From contig OX597834.1 of the NCBI GenBank assembly GCA_951406725.2, positions 930,001 through 994,000 of the forward strand: a DNA stretch of 64,000 nt, given 5' to 3'. How positions within the stretch are numbered: position 1 is the first letter of the stretch; each line of letters starts with the position of its first letter. The notes beneath the pieces are model-generated. The model was not told the origin of the DNA and did not search any database. It saw only the letters and a program-made list of their open reading frames with translations. Positions 50,501-64,000 of this stretch are shown here, piece after piece. Origin of the DNA: Octopus vulgaris (taxonomy: Eukaryota). The position numbers and the translations under genes are program-made.

Positions 50501-52974
50501 ATAAGATAAAATTTTTAAGATAAAGTTTTAGAAAGGATTGCGATGATTAATGACATGCAGTGCTGGAGAAAACTGAACTAGCAACGCAAGCATGGTGTGG
50601 CAAATGATAAATTGATATTAGGGGTGGAAATTGGGAGGTATATTTCTACATTTGAGCTTATAACTAAATATAACTCTGTTAAACCAACATCTGCTCTTTG
50701 ATACTCACCTCTGAGATACCTCTACATCTCTTGATCACTAATTCTCTAACACTAAGTCTTTCTCCTAACCACTGTACCATCAGTTTTCCCCCATCACATT
50801 TTCACCAACACCCTCAACAATGCATGTCTTCCATTATTCTCTCCTCTATATCCTTTACACTCCAATTACTTGTTTCCCATCATCCATATTCTTGCTCTCC
50901 ATCTTGTCATCTCTTCAACCTCTTGGCTATGTTACCTTTAATAGACATCATAGCGTAATGATGGCTTTAATTGTGTGAAGAAGGACATCAAGTGTGCTGG
51001 TTTCACAATAAAATGCAACCAGTACACCCTGTAAAGTGAATAGTGAATGAGTAGAGATAATGTGAAGTTGACAGGACTCTTTAGTTTGTCAGAAATCAGG
51101 ACAGCCTCTCTATGTTGCTACCTTGATAATATGCACTCTGCACACACTGTACAGTAGGTGGTGTTATGAAGGGTATTCAGCTGTTAAGACCAAGCCAAAA
51201 TGGAATGTTTTCTGCAAAACCTGATCCTATAACTTGTCTGAAGAGCAGTAACTTTAAATAACTCAGATTGTGAGGATCCATCCAACCCACAATAGCATGG
51301 AAATCATCATCATCATCATTTTAACATCCACTTTTTTATGCTTGCATGGGTTGGACAGAATTTGTTAAGGTGGATTTTCCATGGTTGGATGCTCTTCTTG
51401 TTGCCAACTCCACTTGTTTCCAAGTGAGGTGATATTCCCCATGACCAGACATATTTTCATGGAAGATTGGAAATGAAGGACACTATTTTCATGAGTGTAA
51501 TACTTGTTTACAGCTACCATGTGATGTCATGGCAAGGAGTTTATAAATTTGGTATTTGAAGTAATTAGGGGTTGCATATGACAATTTCACTGTATGCTAA
51601 AAATCTTGTGGTATTTATAAACTCAATATTACAAAGATAAACCAGGAGATTACTAACACCATTAATAGGGGTAAAAATTAAAATAATCCTTCAACTAAGG
51701 ACTGCAACAGTAAAGAAATAATGATATAGGCAATGGCAAAAACAATATGAATAATAATCAAAATGCTGAAAATCCCAATGATAATAGTACTGGAAAGAGC
51801 AACAATGAATATCTAGAGAATGAATAACCTGAGATAAAAGTAGGTGAAATTAGGAATAGAAGAAAGATTGGTGAAATTGGGGTGATTCAATAATGAAAGT
51901 GAAATCAAAACACATTATAAAATTTGTTTCAAGTGGGACTTTAGGTTTAGCTTCATCATTTGAAACTTAGCATCTGACTTAAATTTATAACAAATTTTAT
52001 TCTACTTTTAGTAATTGAGTCTCCCCATCAAATATGTTATTATTATTCTTAAAATGACTATAAAATAACACCTTAAAAAAACATTTGTATATGTGTATAT
52101 CATCATCATTTAACATCCGTTTTCCATGCTGGCATGGGTTGGATGGTTTGACAGGAGCTGGCAAGCCCAGATGCTGCACCAGTTTCCACAGCTTATTTTG
52201 GCTTAACATCTAGTCAGATGTCCTTCCTAAGACTAATCACTTTACAGAAGGAACTGGGTGTTTTTTACATGGCACCATCACCAGTGCTTTTTATGTGGCA
52301 CCAGCCTGTGAATTTTATGTGGCACCAGCACACTTTACATGGCACCAGCACCAGAGCTTTTTATGTGGCACCAGCACCAGTGCTCTTCATAGGCAAGCAT
52401 TATCAAGGTAGTTTTAAGATGTTAATTCTGTTGTGATGAGTGGGTTGCCTTGACTGTCATCATATATCTTGGTTCTTTGTCATCTCCTTTGTAAGGGTCA
52501 ACATTCTGAGATCAGCCTTCAATGATTCATGTCATATACTCCTGGGTCTTCTTCGTTTATCTTCGTGATCATCACTCCTTTATGCAAAAGTCCTTATCCA
52601 TACACACTACATTACCAAACAAGCTGTCTGCTCTTTTGCACACTGCATCTAATTTCTCTTATGCTTAACTTTTTTCTCATGCACTAGTGCTGTGTCACAC
52701 AAGTGTGAGAGAACATATGAAAAAATGTAGTACTCAACGTGTTGCAGGAGTTACATGCATTCATAATAACAGTTTGCTTTTAGCATTTGATAAGATGGAC
52801 ATGTCCTACATATCCACAAAACATTAAATCATGTGGAGCTGAGTCATAGATTTCAATTTACTCCCAAGAATGATCTAAAATCAATTTCATCCTACCCCCT
52901 TATGGCTTCAGGTTATTTAGGTTTCAGGGCTGGTTATCCATATTGACAATAGCTTAGTAGATAAAGCAATTAAG

Positions 52975-54395
52975 GATACTTAAGGTCATAGCTCAATTAA
53001 TTAGAAAGAGAGTTAGCCTAGATGACATGCAGCTTGGTTCTGTGACAGGAAGAAACATTACTTGTACTATCTTTCTGGTGAGGCAACTGCAAGAGAAGTA
53101 TTCAGCCAAATATAAATATCTGTATTTAGCTTTTGTTGACATGGAGAAAGCCTTTGACAGGATCCCCCACACCCTTATCTGGTGGGCAATGCAGAAGCTA
53201 AGGATAGATGAGTGATAGGTGAGAGCTGTACAAGCCATGTACATGGATGCTGTCAGTAAGGTGAAAGTCAGCAACGAGTATAGCAAGGAATTGCTGTACA
53301 GGTAGGAGTTCACCAAGGAGCAGTTTTCAGCACTCCCTTGTTTATCATAGTCCTCCAAGCCAAAATGTTAATTTTGTAAAACCCAAAGTCCTAGTAAGTA
53401 GGAAATCAGACAAATTGCTGATCCCTTCAGGGAGATGGCCATACTTGATATGTAGAAAAGGAAGATGATTGAAACTTCATACAGTGTACCTAGCACAAGC
53501 TATGGATTATATAAGAGGTGCAACAGTATCACAGGAAGGTTAACAGAAAGTAATTTTTGTGTGTGGCAGATGTGCAGGTACATTAAACACTAGGAATGTA
53601 CAGAAAACAGACTCCATCAAATGTTTGGGAGTGTCCTTAAAAGTAGTAGATAGTTTCCATTACTTAAGTGACCAAGTTAGCAACTAGAATAAGAACAGGC
53701 TGAGCAAAGTGAAGAGAGCTAATACTTTTGTTGGTAATAAAGAGCTTCTCTCTCAAAGTGAAAAGCAGATTGTGTGATGCCTGTGTATGAACAACTGTGT
53801 TACATTGCAGTGAGAAACAGGATGTGACTACTGAGGACATGTGAAAGCTTGAAAGAAATGCAGCCAGCATGCTCTGCCGGATGGGTAATGTCAGTGTGCA
53901 TCAGTTGTAGTGTGCAAGAGAGACAAGACTATACTGGAACGGGTAGACCCAGGAAAACATGGGACAAAATGGTAAGAAAGGATCTTCAGACATTTGGGCT
54001 TCACAGAGGAAATGATAGGGGATCAAGGTGTTAGGTAGTTTGCTGTGCTTGTGAAGACACATCAAGCTAGGTAAGATCATGGCCATCCATACATACAGGT
54101 ATGTTTTCTACATCCCTGTCTCAGAGCTGAGAGATCCTAGTCTTGCAGGCTTGTAGATGCTGGGATCACATAAAAGCACTTCTGCCAGTGCCACATAAAA
54201 ATGTCCATACTAGTATTCACTTTAAAGCAGCCATGTTAAAAGCATTCAGTCCACTCTGCAAAGTGGTTGGCATTAGGAAGGGCATATAAGCCTAGAAACC
54301 ATGCGAGGAGCTCAGGTAGCGCTCCAGCTGGCCAACTCCAGTCAAATCATCCAGTCTATGTCAACATGGAGAACTGATGTTTAATGATGATGATA
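52975..54395 (+). mobile_element. Older, degenerate RTE LINE (antisense within a TTC36 intron)
   Basis: IFLVRQLQEKY..AFVDMEKAFD; 3' end with a gatgat tail. Confidence 0.85.
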
Positions 54396-54606
54396 TATAT
54401 ACAACAAACACACACACAGCAAATGATAGACAGAAAATGGAATATACAAGAAACTTTATTGCTCACAATATATATATATATGTCATCACACACACAAACA
54501 CATGCAAATATGAATAGATACATTGCATGGTGGTTGTGGTAACAGATTGGTAAGATTCGTTGTAACAATACACCCGAGTGTATTCATATGCATGTGAAGA
54601 ACTTAC

Positions 54607-54705
54607 CTTTGTAACGTCTAAGTATTGCACGTTGAACAACAGCTTTACAGACAGCACTGTTACCAGTATTCAGCTCAATGGCTTTATCTAGATCCTCTAA
54701 AGCCC
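54607..54705 (-). CDS. TTC36: TTC36 internal exon: GALEDLDKAIELNTGNSAVCKAVVQRAILRRYK
   Basis: 99 nt, acceptor tcttttag, donor AAG|gtaagt, phase 1/1. TPR similar to GALEDLERAVEL..VQRGLL. Confidence 0.92.
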
Positions 54706-54995
54706 CTAAAAGATAAAGACAGAGTGCGTATGTTTTGTTCAGTTAATGCAACCATATAGTCAAACCGTCCAACCCATGCTAGCATGGAAAGCGGACGTTA
54801 ATCAATGATGATGATGATGATGATGATGATACAATGCAGGGAGCAATGAAAAAAAAGGGGTTGTCTAGAAATAGTGTGTGCGTGTGAACATGTGCATGCA
54901 CGAGCATGAATGCATGTATGTGTGTATCTATGTATAATAATTTACACACATCAACTTCCTATATTTCAGGAGTAAACAACTAAATTCAGGTTTAC

Positions 54996-55184
54996 CTTGT
55001 ATATCACCCTTCAAACGGAGTGCTTGGGCTCGATTATTATAACCAGAAGACAATTGCGGAGCAAGTTGTATAGCCTGAGTAAACATGTGAATTGAAGAAT
55101 CTAGGTTTCCATCTTCAGCTTCCTGAACTCCTCGAACCTCCCAAGACTTAGCTTCTTGCTCAAAAGCAGTCAATATTTTAGGTT
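54996..55184 (-). CDS. TTC36: TTC36 internal exon: EPKILTAFEQEAKSWEVRGVQEAEDGNLDSSIHMFTQAIQLAPQLSSGYNNRAQALRLKGDIQ
   Basis: 189 nt, acceptor ttttcag, donor AAG|gtaaac, phase 1/1; YNNRAQA motif. Confidence 0.93.
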
Positions 55185-55664
55185 CTGAAAAATAAAATAT
55201 CAATATACCACTGTTTTCCTGATTATTATTATTATTGTAATTATTTCACAACAGTAGAAACAGAAACACAAACAATTAGCTGAATTAATTGCATCTTACA
55301 ATTCCTGGAGTCGGATGATATTAACTGACTTTCGGTTAGATTATTTTTTATTTTGTTTCACACATTCAACCACAAGTTTTTGTGGCAAATAAAAGATATA
55401 TGTTGGGGGAAGTTGGGTTTAGTAGCTAAGTGATAAGACCTTTGAATGACAAAAGAGAGCTGAAGAAAAGGAAATAAGTAGCAAAAAGTAAGGAAATATT
55501 AGATATTTTGAATATCACTGCAGCTGCTTCTGGATGGGGATGCATTAGCTAAAGGTACCAGAATAGCTAGAGAGTAGTGGCGTTAGCTGTTATATTAGGG
55601 TTATGAAGGAGTTTCACGTTGATGGCATCATATATATGTGTTATTGAATGTGTTGACATTAAGA

Positions 55665-56490
55665 TGCATTCCAGAAGTTTTGAGACCTTTATTAGTGTCA
55701 AAGTACAAAATATCCTTCAAATTAGGATTCACTGACTCCAATGCATTTGTTGTAACACTCCAACCACTTCATGAAGACCCCCTTGGAAGTCTTCCAAGGT
55801 GAAGGTGTCCAGGACCCTTGTTACAGCCTCCTTCATCTTTTCAATTCTTCAAAACCACTACCCAAGAGGTTCTCCTTTAGCTGGGGGAACAGTCGAAAGC
55901 AGAGAGCAAGGTCTGGACTGTAGGGATGGTGAGAGACAGTGTTTGTCAGGATAGAACTGTGGACTGGCATTTTTCCTTGTATAGGTGCTCTGACCTTTTG
56001 AGACAAAATCTCTTCCTGAACACACTAAAAGCCTTCACAAGGAACTCTTTGTTAACTATGTAGCTAGAGGGAATCCTGTGGCTGTAGATGATGCCCTTGC
56101 AGGATCATCATGAGCTTCCTGGTAGACTTGCTTTACCTGCCCTCTTGTGCCAGCAAAAAACAGATGCTCAAGTCATATGAGCAGTCTGGACCATTTCAGA
56201 AGTTTCTGTAGTGTTTTTTTCCAGTTTAACAAAACTTTATTACATAGTGAGCTTCCCAAATTGTCTTCATGTCCTGATAGCATTTTGCAAAATAGTTAGC
56301 TGTAACAAGCAGTGTTTAGTAAGATGCTTTCAAAGTGTTGTTACAGCCATCTCCTTTAATCTGAAATAACAAAAGTTGACAAGTCAGCTTATTAGTTGTA
56401 TAGTAACGATGTGCTAAAGTCACAATAATCTAGGGTAGTTATAACTGCCTCTCCTAAAAAAGTTTCAAAATTTCTGGAATACACTTTGTA
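55665..56490 (-). mobile_element. Mariner remnant with TIR-like ends
   Basis: HPYSPDLAL..LFPQLK on the minus strand. cattccagaagttttgagac is mirrored by gtttcaaaatttctggaata. Confidence 0.65.
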
Positions 56491-57059
56491 CATATTGTTT
56501 AACAACAGGTGAACACTGATTGAGCAGACCTATGAGTAAAAGCACTCCAACCATGACCATCCTGTCTAATTATTTTCTGCAAAAATAGTGCATCTAGTAG
56601 TGTATTATCTAATATATCCATTTTTAATAGTGACTGTAGAACTAAAAAACAAAAGATAACTTTAAAATGTTTGATTATATTTTCTGATAATGTCCCAGAA
56701 TGAACTGCTGTTTTATCATAAGTTTTGTAAATAAAAGACAAACAGCTGTGACTTTACATAATCTCCACTGATAACAGAAAAACTTTCATGCCTTATAGAT
56801 TTCATTTAAAAATAAATTCATTATAATTGCATCATAATCAATTATGTATATACATATGTTTGCATGTATGTTCTTATTTAGTTTTATTTCTAGATTTCTT
56901 ATCAATGAAGGAAAAAAACCAATTTCTAACCTAGATCCAAGGCTCTTTCACTGAAATTTTTAACCTCAACAGGGTATTCGTGCTTGATTGTGTATATAAG
57001 TGGAATATTTGGGGTCAGTGCATCAACAGATTTGTATGCTTTGTTTCATGTTGCATATT

Positions 57060-58620
57060 TAGATACATATTTAGATATATGCAGGTGTATTGAAATGCTT
57101 AACTTTCGGAAAGTTTTACCTACTTTCACAATTTCATTGATGCCTGTAATATTTTAATAAGCTTTCTCCTTTAGAATCCTAATTTCTCAAGATTGGTGTT
57201 GAGGCAGTGCTCCAACAGTTATGGGGGAAATCTGAACTTGTAATCCAGGTAGAGTAGCTATAAATAGCTCAGAAGAGATATTTTTTACTTTGTCACTGAT
57301 CTTTAGTTTTACACTGGACAACTGATTTTCACTAATGTACTTAGTTTCTTTTCTCTGTCTGAAATCAACATGTCTGCTTTATGTTTGCATTTTCTTGAGG
57401 TTTTCACAGGGATATTGCACCAGTACTCTTTCATATTACAGGTGGTATGACCTCTACCATACTATAGGTTCTTATCTCTTTGGCCTTTTGATTATTCTTC
57501 CAACAGATCCCATACAGTTTCTTGGCTACAACATCATGTCTCATTGTGAGATAATAACATGATGAAATTTTGGGATGTATGCTTATGATGTGGGTGTTAT
57601 CAATGAATTCACTTCAACACTTGGTGCTTAAAATATGTTGCAAAAGGGATATGACATAAGACTGAAGAGCAAGTAGTCTGGATTAATGTTAAGCCTCTGC
57701 CTCCTCCTTTTCATTTTAGGTTAGAGGTGGTCTACATCACTACTGATGTGAAAATTATTTGTGCCAGTCAGTACTTCCTGGGTTTTCACATCAATGGCTT
57801 GAGTCTCGTCAAGCAACCAATCAAGTGCTCCAAATGTTGGTATGAGCACTGGTGCTGCAAACACATTGTGGACCGCTGTTCTATTGTACACAGAAAGTTC
57901 CAAGGTTCATAATTTTCTTATCTGGCTGTTACATCCTTTAGTGATGCATTCCTTGTCACAGATATGCTTTCATCTATCCCTAGATACCGGTAACATTCCC
58001 CATCAGACTTTGAAGAAACAGTCAAGCCATTGATGAAGATGCTGCTAGTCTGGTTTACAGTTTAGCCTTATTGCACAACCATATAGAAACAGTCTGGCCA
58101 AACTCTAACCTTATAGCCTTTGAGAATGTTGTCACTGGGTCAATGCTCTTTTTCATCTCATGCATATACCTGGCATACAGCTTCAAGTCATCTACAAATA
58201 TAAAGCAGTGTGTAATTTTGATATTTCTGCCTCTATCAACCAATGAGATATCCTTCATACTTGCCCAATCTGATTGACAAGGGGTTTATGGAAAGTATGA
58301 GCAGCATCACAAAGAAAGAGAGAGAAACTGTCTCCTTGAAATATACCTCTGTGATATTGTATTTTATCAGTTATAATACCATCATTCTTTGTATTTAACT
58401 TCAATTAGGTGGCCTAGGATCAAGTCAGGTCAGCTATGGCTTCTGATTATGCTCCCAGGAACTTTAGCAAACCTGATGGGGAGGGGGACAGGGTCACAGG
58501 CTTACTTATAGTTCATCAGTATTGAAACCAGGCACCTATGGCATTAGTTTTGTTTATCAACATTTGCTTGGCACATCCCCAAATTCCCTTCTTCCCAGTT
58601 GCTTGTTCTGTTGTGGTATG
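57060..58620 (-). mobile_element. Degenerate R4/Dong-like LINE
   Basis: RGIFQGD, FVDDLKLY and PVLIPTFG. Confidence 0.75.
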
Positions 58621-58654
58621 TATGAATGTCTCTTCTATTTTTTAATTATTATAA

Positions 58655-60630
58655 ATATTCCACTGAGAAGGGAGCTGGTTTCCAACAAAAATGCAGGACT
58701 CCATATTTGGCAATAGTTAACACAGACAAATTCACATTTGGAACTTGAGAAAAGTCTTGCATATTTTTACCGTTCCACTCACAGATTGCACTTGTACAAA
58801 TCTGCTGGTCGATTTCTCTTTCTGAAAATCCCAGTTTATCCAGATTCTCCTTTAAGCATTTACTAACGAAACCTAGTTCCCCAATTACAATTGGTATGAA
58901 TAAGAATTCATATTCTGGATATGGATTTTCAAAGAGATATTTATATCTGCAGGGCAGCTAACCTCTATGACAGAACATACCTTTGTCCCTCTGTCCTAAA
59001 CAACGATATCTGGCCTGTTATGTTTATATTTGACAGAAGGAATATTCCACCAGTATTCCTTGAGATGGTGTTTATGAATGTATACCATAACAGAGGGATT
59101 TTCAAAGTTTATTTCAGGACAATTTTTTTTGTGGATGGTATTGTAAATTGTTTTAGTGACAACATCGTGCTGCATAGGGAGGTAGTGCCATGACGACATT
59201 TTAGGACAGCTGCTAATCACATGTCTTCCACAGAAATGACATAGCCTACACATGCGGTTGCACCTCGGGATTATAAGAGCGTCACTGTCTCTTTTGATCA
59301 CCAGGAACTTTGTGGCAATCTTTTGTTCCTGGATTGCAAACGCATAGCCTTCAAAGTGTGGTGTGATGTAGTGGTCTTGTGTCCAAGAGCGGCTGTGCTT
59401 TGTGTCAATTCTACTGTCTTTTTCAAGCTTCCAGGCAACATACCCATGCCTAGTCTTTTTTTTTGTATGCTGAGTGCTTTCCATCCAGATTTTCTCTGAG
59501 GTAAGAGAGCTGTTTTGGGGCTTTATAGATCATCAGGAAGAGAATGCTTCTTGAGCAGCTCACTGCCAATTCATACAATGTTGCTTACTTCACTTTTCAG
59601 CACTGCATTTATATATTTATTTTTGCTGCTGTTGTTCAGCAGGTGCTGCCTGAGTGATACCATACAGCATTTGAAGGCCATCTGCACTGACCTCAGGCCT
59701 CTACTACCTCCATTTCTTCTTAGGTAGAGCCTGTCAACAGCACTGTTTCTGTGGAAGTTCCCAGTTGTCAGGATTTTGTAGGTTTTGATATCAATGGAGT
59801 GGATTTCCTCTACAGACCAATCAAGTATCCCAAATGTTGGGATCAGCACTGGTACTGAAAATGCATTGTGGGATATTGTTTTGTTGTAAGAGGAGAGTTC
59901 CAACAGTCATATTTTCCTAAGTTTTGTGTAATATTCTTGGGTCACTTTACCTTTATTCACAATGCCTTTGATACATTTTCATCTATGCCAAGGTACTTGT
60001 AACATTCTTTATGTGGAATGGGGGAGATAGAGAGACCATTGATGCACAGATTTTGGGTTTGGGAGACTGACTTTCCTCGTTCTTTAACCAAATATAAACA
60101 TTTCTTTTGGCTAAATTCCATGACTATATCAGCTGAAAATGTTGTTATTAATTTCAGTTGCTTTTTGGCATTGTTAACACTATTAGCATAAATCTTGAGG
60201 TTGTCTACAAAAAAATTATGAGTTACATTGATATTTCTAGCAGTTAAAGATCCTAGCATGTAACCATTTGTTTTCTGCAGTAGGAACGATAACGGATTCA
60301 GTGCCAAAATGAAAAGAAGTACAGAAAGACTATCTCCCTGGAATATTTCCTTTGAAATGCTTATAGTATCTGAAACAATTATTCTATTCTCAGTTGAAGG
60401 GTGAGAATTGTTGTCCATGTCTTTGTCTCTCAATAGCAGCAATTAGGATGGTAGGTACTTTTGCCAGATGAAGGATAGAGTTAAATGCCTTCCTATAGTC
60501 AAGCCATACTGTCACAAGGTTTCTACACTGTTTTCTTATTTCAGACAGTACAACTTTGTTTATGAAAAGTTATTCGACACATCCCGACACTACCTTCTTT
60601 CCACCAACCTGTTTGTTAATCACAATGATG
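58655..60630 (-). mobile_element. R4/Dong-like LINE (RT + zinc knuckle + RLE), degenerate
   Basis: IFQGDSLSVLLFILALNPLS, YKYLGI, RLYLRRNGGSRGL, CRLC..HVISSC and HNRPDIVV. Confidence 0.85.
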
Positions 60631-60909
60631 ATGTATGTATGTATGTATGCATGCATGTATAATACATAGTCTGTTTTAAACCACATTTGAGAGGACAAAA
60701 GAAAATATTATTTACATTTGACAGATATTTGTCCTCATCTTGTTTGTTGTTAATACATAATTCCTCATTTCTTAAATGTAGAACTTAAAAGAAAATATAT
60801 TTAGAATTTTAGTGAATGAACACTTAACAGTGCAATGTCTGGTAGTGGGAATACACAAGGATACCTGCTGCATAAAACATAGCAAAAACAGATGCTTACA
60901 TATTTGGCA

Positions 60910-62680
60910 TACTCTCAGGCCCCAAATAATAGGTGGGGTTGGAATAAGCAGGGTGGGTTGGATATTTGATTAAATTCTTATAAGCGGGTGGGTTGAAGTA
61001 AACGGGGGGTTTGGAAAATCGGTAATTGTATAGTGGTAATTTCAAAATTTTCTACGTTGTCTCCTTTGATTTTTTTAAAACCAGCTATTTACTCTCAGGT
61101 CCCAAATAATGGGGGTTGGTGCTGGAATAAGCGGGTGGTTTGGGCATTTGTTTAAATTCATCTGCATCGTCTTGGATCGATTATGCGTGGTTATTTTCTT
61201 TCGCGTTTAAACTAACTTTTCTAGCATCTTTACTTTCTCTATTTTGTGATATTTTAGTTTCAGTTCTTTGTTCAAGTGCATATTGTTAACTTGAACAAAT
61301 CCGCCGATGATGACTAGCACATAACCCCTTTTCCAGAGGGCATCTTTCACCTCCAGCATCAAGCACATAAATGACAAAGTTTGCATGTGAAAACATTTTG
61401 AATCAGTTTGGAAGGTTTTCAATAGTATAGAGCAGCTGTTTGAATTTATAAAAAAGCTTTAGGAGACCATTGATATTTCATTGTAGGCAGAGCATTCAGT
61501 AGTGGTGGTCTTTTTCCAGTTCCTTTAAATACAAACTTTGGGATAAGATTGATTTTGGTATCATTGCTAACCTTGGTGAACACTATATGTTCCCTAGACT
61601 AAAGGTATTTTCTTTGACAAACATATTTTAATTTTTGAATGATAGGGTAGCTTTTCCGCTACTTCCATTCTGTTGCAATAGCATTTGATCTCCATTGATA
61701 ATTAGGATGATCTACACCAAATTTGTCAAGGAAATAATGACACACACTCCATATTTTCTTCAAATAATCATGAATGCACTAAACATATTGCTCTTTGGAG
61801 ATTAAAATGCATTTGTTTGGAAATTTCAGTGATACCCCATGGCCAACCTTTCATCCAGCTTTTCCTCACTTGGTGTGTCTAAGTGTTGGCAAATTCACAC
61901 CTCAAAATTTCTCAGCCTGTAATAGGAAAAGAGCTTATGGTAATCTTGCAGCGATGTTTTAACATCCACAAACCTTTCAGGCGTCTCTCACACCTGATGC
62001 TTTTGTTTTACGACCTCTTCCAGTGACTCTGAAACGTTTCATTGGATTTTTTTCAGTGCTGTCAAGTTCACTTTCAGATATTTCCCATTTAGCTACTTTA
62101 ACAGCAGAATCAAATAGTCAGTCAGAGTTTTTAACACCAACCAAATTGGAGTAAAACAAACAAACTGCTTTGGCAAAATATCCGTTGGGATATGACGTTT
62201 CCTTTTAGCATCCCAATGGGTTTTCCCTTTCATTCACTCTAATTCAGAATCATACTCCTCTTTACATTTGTTCACCATGATAGCAGGTGCTTGCTTTTCT
62301 TCTATAGAATAATTTCCATATGCCACACCACAAAATACTCTTTTCTCTGCCAAGATGTTATGGAAAAATAAAATTATTAGTAGATTCTCCAGCTGTTGTA
62401 TCACTATGAAAAGCTTACAATTATATTTCACTGGAGACAGATTAGCAAGATTTAATAAGGGGGAGGGGAATCTTAAAAATTAAATAAGCGAGGAGGGGGT
62501 GCCAAAAAATCTGAAAAAGGCAAGACTTCCTTTTGTACACCCCAAAAACACCCCTTTTTCCAGAATCTCCTTACCCCAAAACGTAGGTTTTTGGCAAAAT
62601 AATACTAATAATAATTTGCGAGAAAATGAGTTGAGGACAGGAGTACGAGGGAATCTGAAAAATTAATAAGCGGGGAGGGG
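60910..62680 (-). mobile_element. Probable pogo/Tc2-like DNA transposon remnant
   Basis: Repeated subterminal aataagcggg motifs and decayed transposase-like frames (RKATL, FVFKGTGK). Confidence 0.4.
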
Positions 62681-63019
62681 ACAAGATATGATATAAAGGT
62701 GATTTGGTTAAACTAAAGCGTTAAACCCGGTCAAAAAAACAAAAAAAAATGTCTGTAATAGGTGTAAAACAACTTGCTCTAAACGAATATGACATAAGAA
62801 ATGCGCACTCGCGAAAGGGGAGTAGGGGAGAGGCCTCGGAAATTTCACATCTTCAGTCCACGGCCTTTAAACTAGGACAAAAATAGTGTAATTGGTGTTG
62901 TAGGAAATACGACCGTATGTGGAGGTTGATGATGTAGGTAAGTCACACGGTCGCATTCCTAACGAAATAAGATAAGCCATAAATACAATTTATACAATGC
63001 AGTGCCAACAGAATATAGA

Positions 63020-64000
63020 TGAATTGACGACAAGACGTTCCACTGTTTGAGAGAAGAGAAGATTTTATTTACAATGGTGTTAATGTTAGAAGGTTGTGAG
63101 TGCTAGCAAGTGTGTGTGTGTGCATGCAACACGTGTTTGTGTCTGTGTGTTCGTGTGTGTGACAGATACAATAAGGGTGAAAGCGTGTGACATAGTAGGT
63201 ACAGAGCATAGAGTTAATGATGGAAATTGGTTTACAGTTCATAAGGTACACGATATGTAAGAGTTCAATATCAAGATGTTGTGTCTCGGGCGGAGGCCGG
63301 TTGGGCGAATTATTGTCGAGCCGCGGTCGTGGTCTCAATCGACGAGCGGGTTCTCTTAATATAGAATTCTTCAGATGGACTGTTTCTACTTGGTGAAGGG
63401 ATTCACTCTAACAGCGTGGTTCTGTGAAGTTGGTGTGTACATGTCTGAAGTGGACGATGGTGATGGCGACTTGAAGTTGGTACAATGATGGTGACGACGG
63501 CGTCGGAGATAGAAGGCTTTCTGTGGTGAGTGTACATTAGCGTCGTCGTGGGTGATCGTCTGTCGCTGTGACTGGAACATGTTGAGTAGCTCTGTGGTCA
63601 GAGGTTTAGTTGAGTCACTTGTGCTTATTTTTCTCTTGATATAGATATTCTTTCAGATATATATACTGCAACTGTTTTTCCGTGGTGAGATATTCACACT
63701 AACAGCATGAGTTGAATCTGTAGTTATCTTGTGTACAAGTTGAAATCTTCGGAGATGCAGACGATGTTGGTGATGGCGTTATGTCTGTCGCTTGGTTTAC
63801 AATAGCGTCTTCATATTATGTTTCGCTTGGTTGTCATCTGCCTTTCGAACCGGAACATGGTTGAGTAAGCTCTGTGTGGTTTCCGACCAAGACCTTAAAA
63901 GGTCTCAAGCCAAAAGACATGAATCGTGAAATGATCAGCCTATTTAAAGAGTTAAGATGGCTCAAATGAAAAGTCCTATCCGAAAGCCGTGATTGGTCAG
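63020..64000 (-). mobile_element. Possible LTR-like element running off the window
   Basis: Minus strand has CCAAT (~63992), TATA-like TTTAAATAG (~63940), diverged internal repeats (ggaacatg..gagta.gctctgtg twice) and AATAAA (~63064). Confidence 0.35.

Overview
This is AT-rich, microsatellite-dense eukaryotic DNA. The repeat families point to a cephalopod, probably Octopus (inferred, not verified). Most of the window is transposon debris: RTE LINEs with a PHD-like finger inside the RT and (GAT)n tails, R4/Dong-like restriction-endonuclease LINEs, Penelope-like elements (PLEs), mariner/pogo/piggyBac fossils, Helitrons, SINEs, MITEs, solo LTRs and a 107-bp minisatellite. Two spliced minus-strand host genes can be read by hand, and the ORF track captures neither properly. 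(1) TTC36 has three coding exons at 54996-55184, 54607-54705 and 48094-48260; its first exon was not found. (2) An SVBP (small vasohibin-binding protein)-like gene has its terminal exon at 10709-10858, preceded by three paralogous 123-nt phase-0 exons (13680-13802, 14454-14576, 19623-19745), suggesting tandem exon triplication. The second notable signal is a set of unrelated minimal type-I hammerhead-ribozyme-like motifs, mostly inside fold-back insertions. Their cores show three Watson-Crick versions of the tertiary 3-8 pair: C3:G8, G3:C8 and U3:A8. All calls were made by eye, and repeat boundaries are approximate unless a TSD or splice site is quoted.
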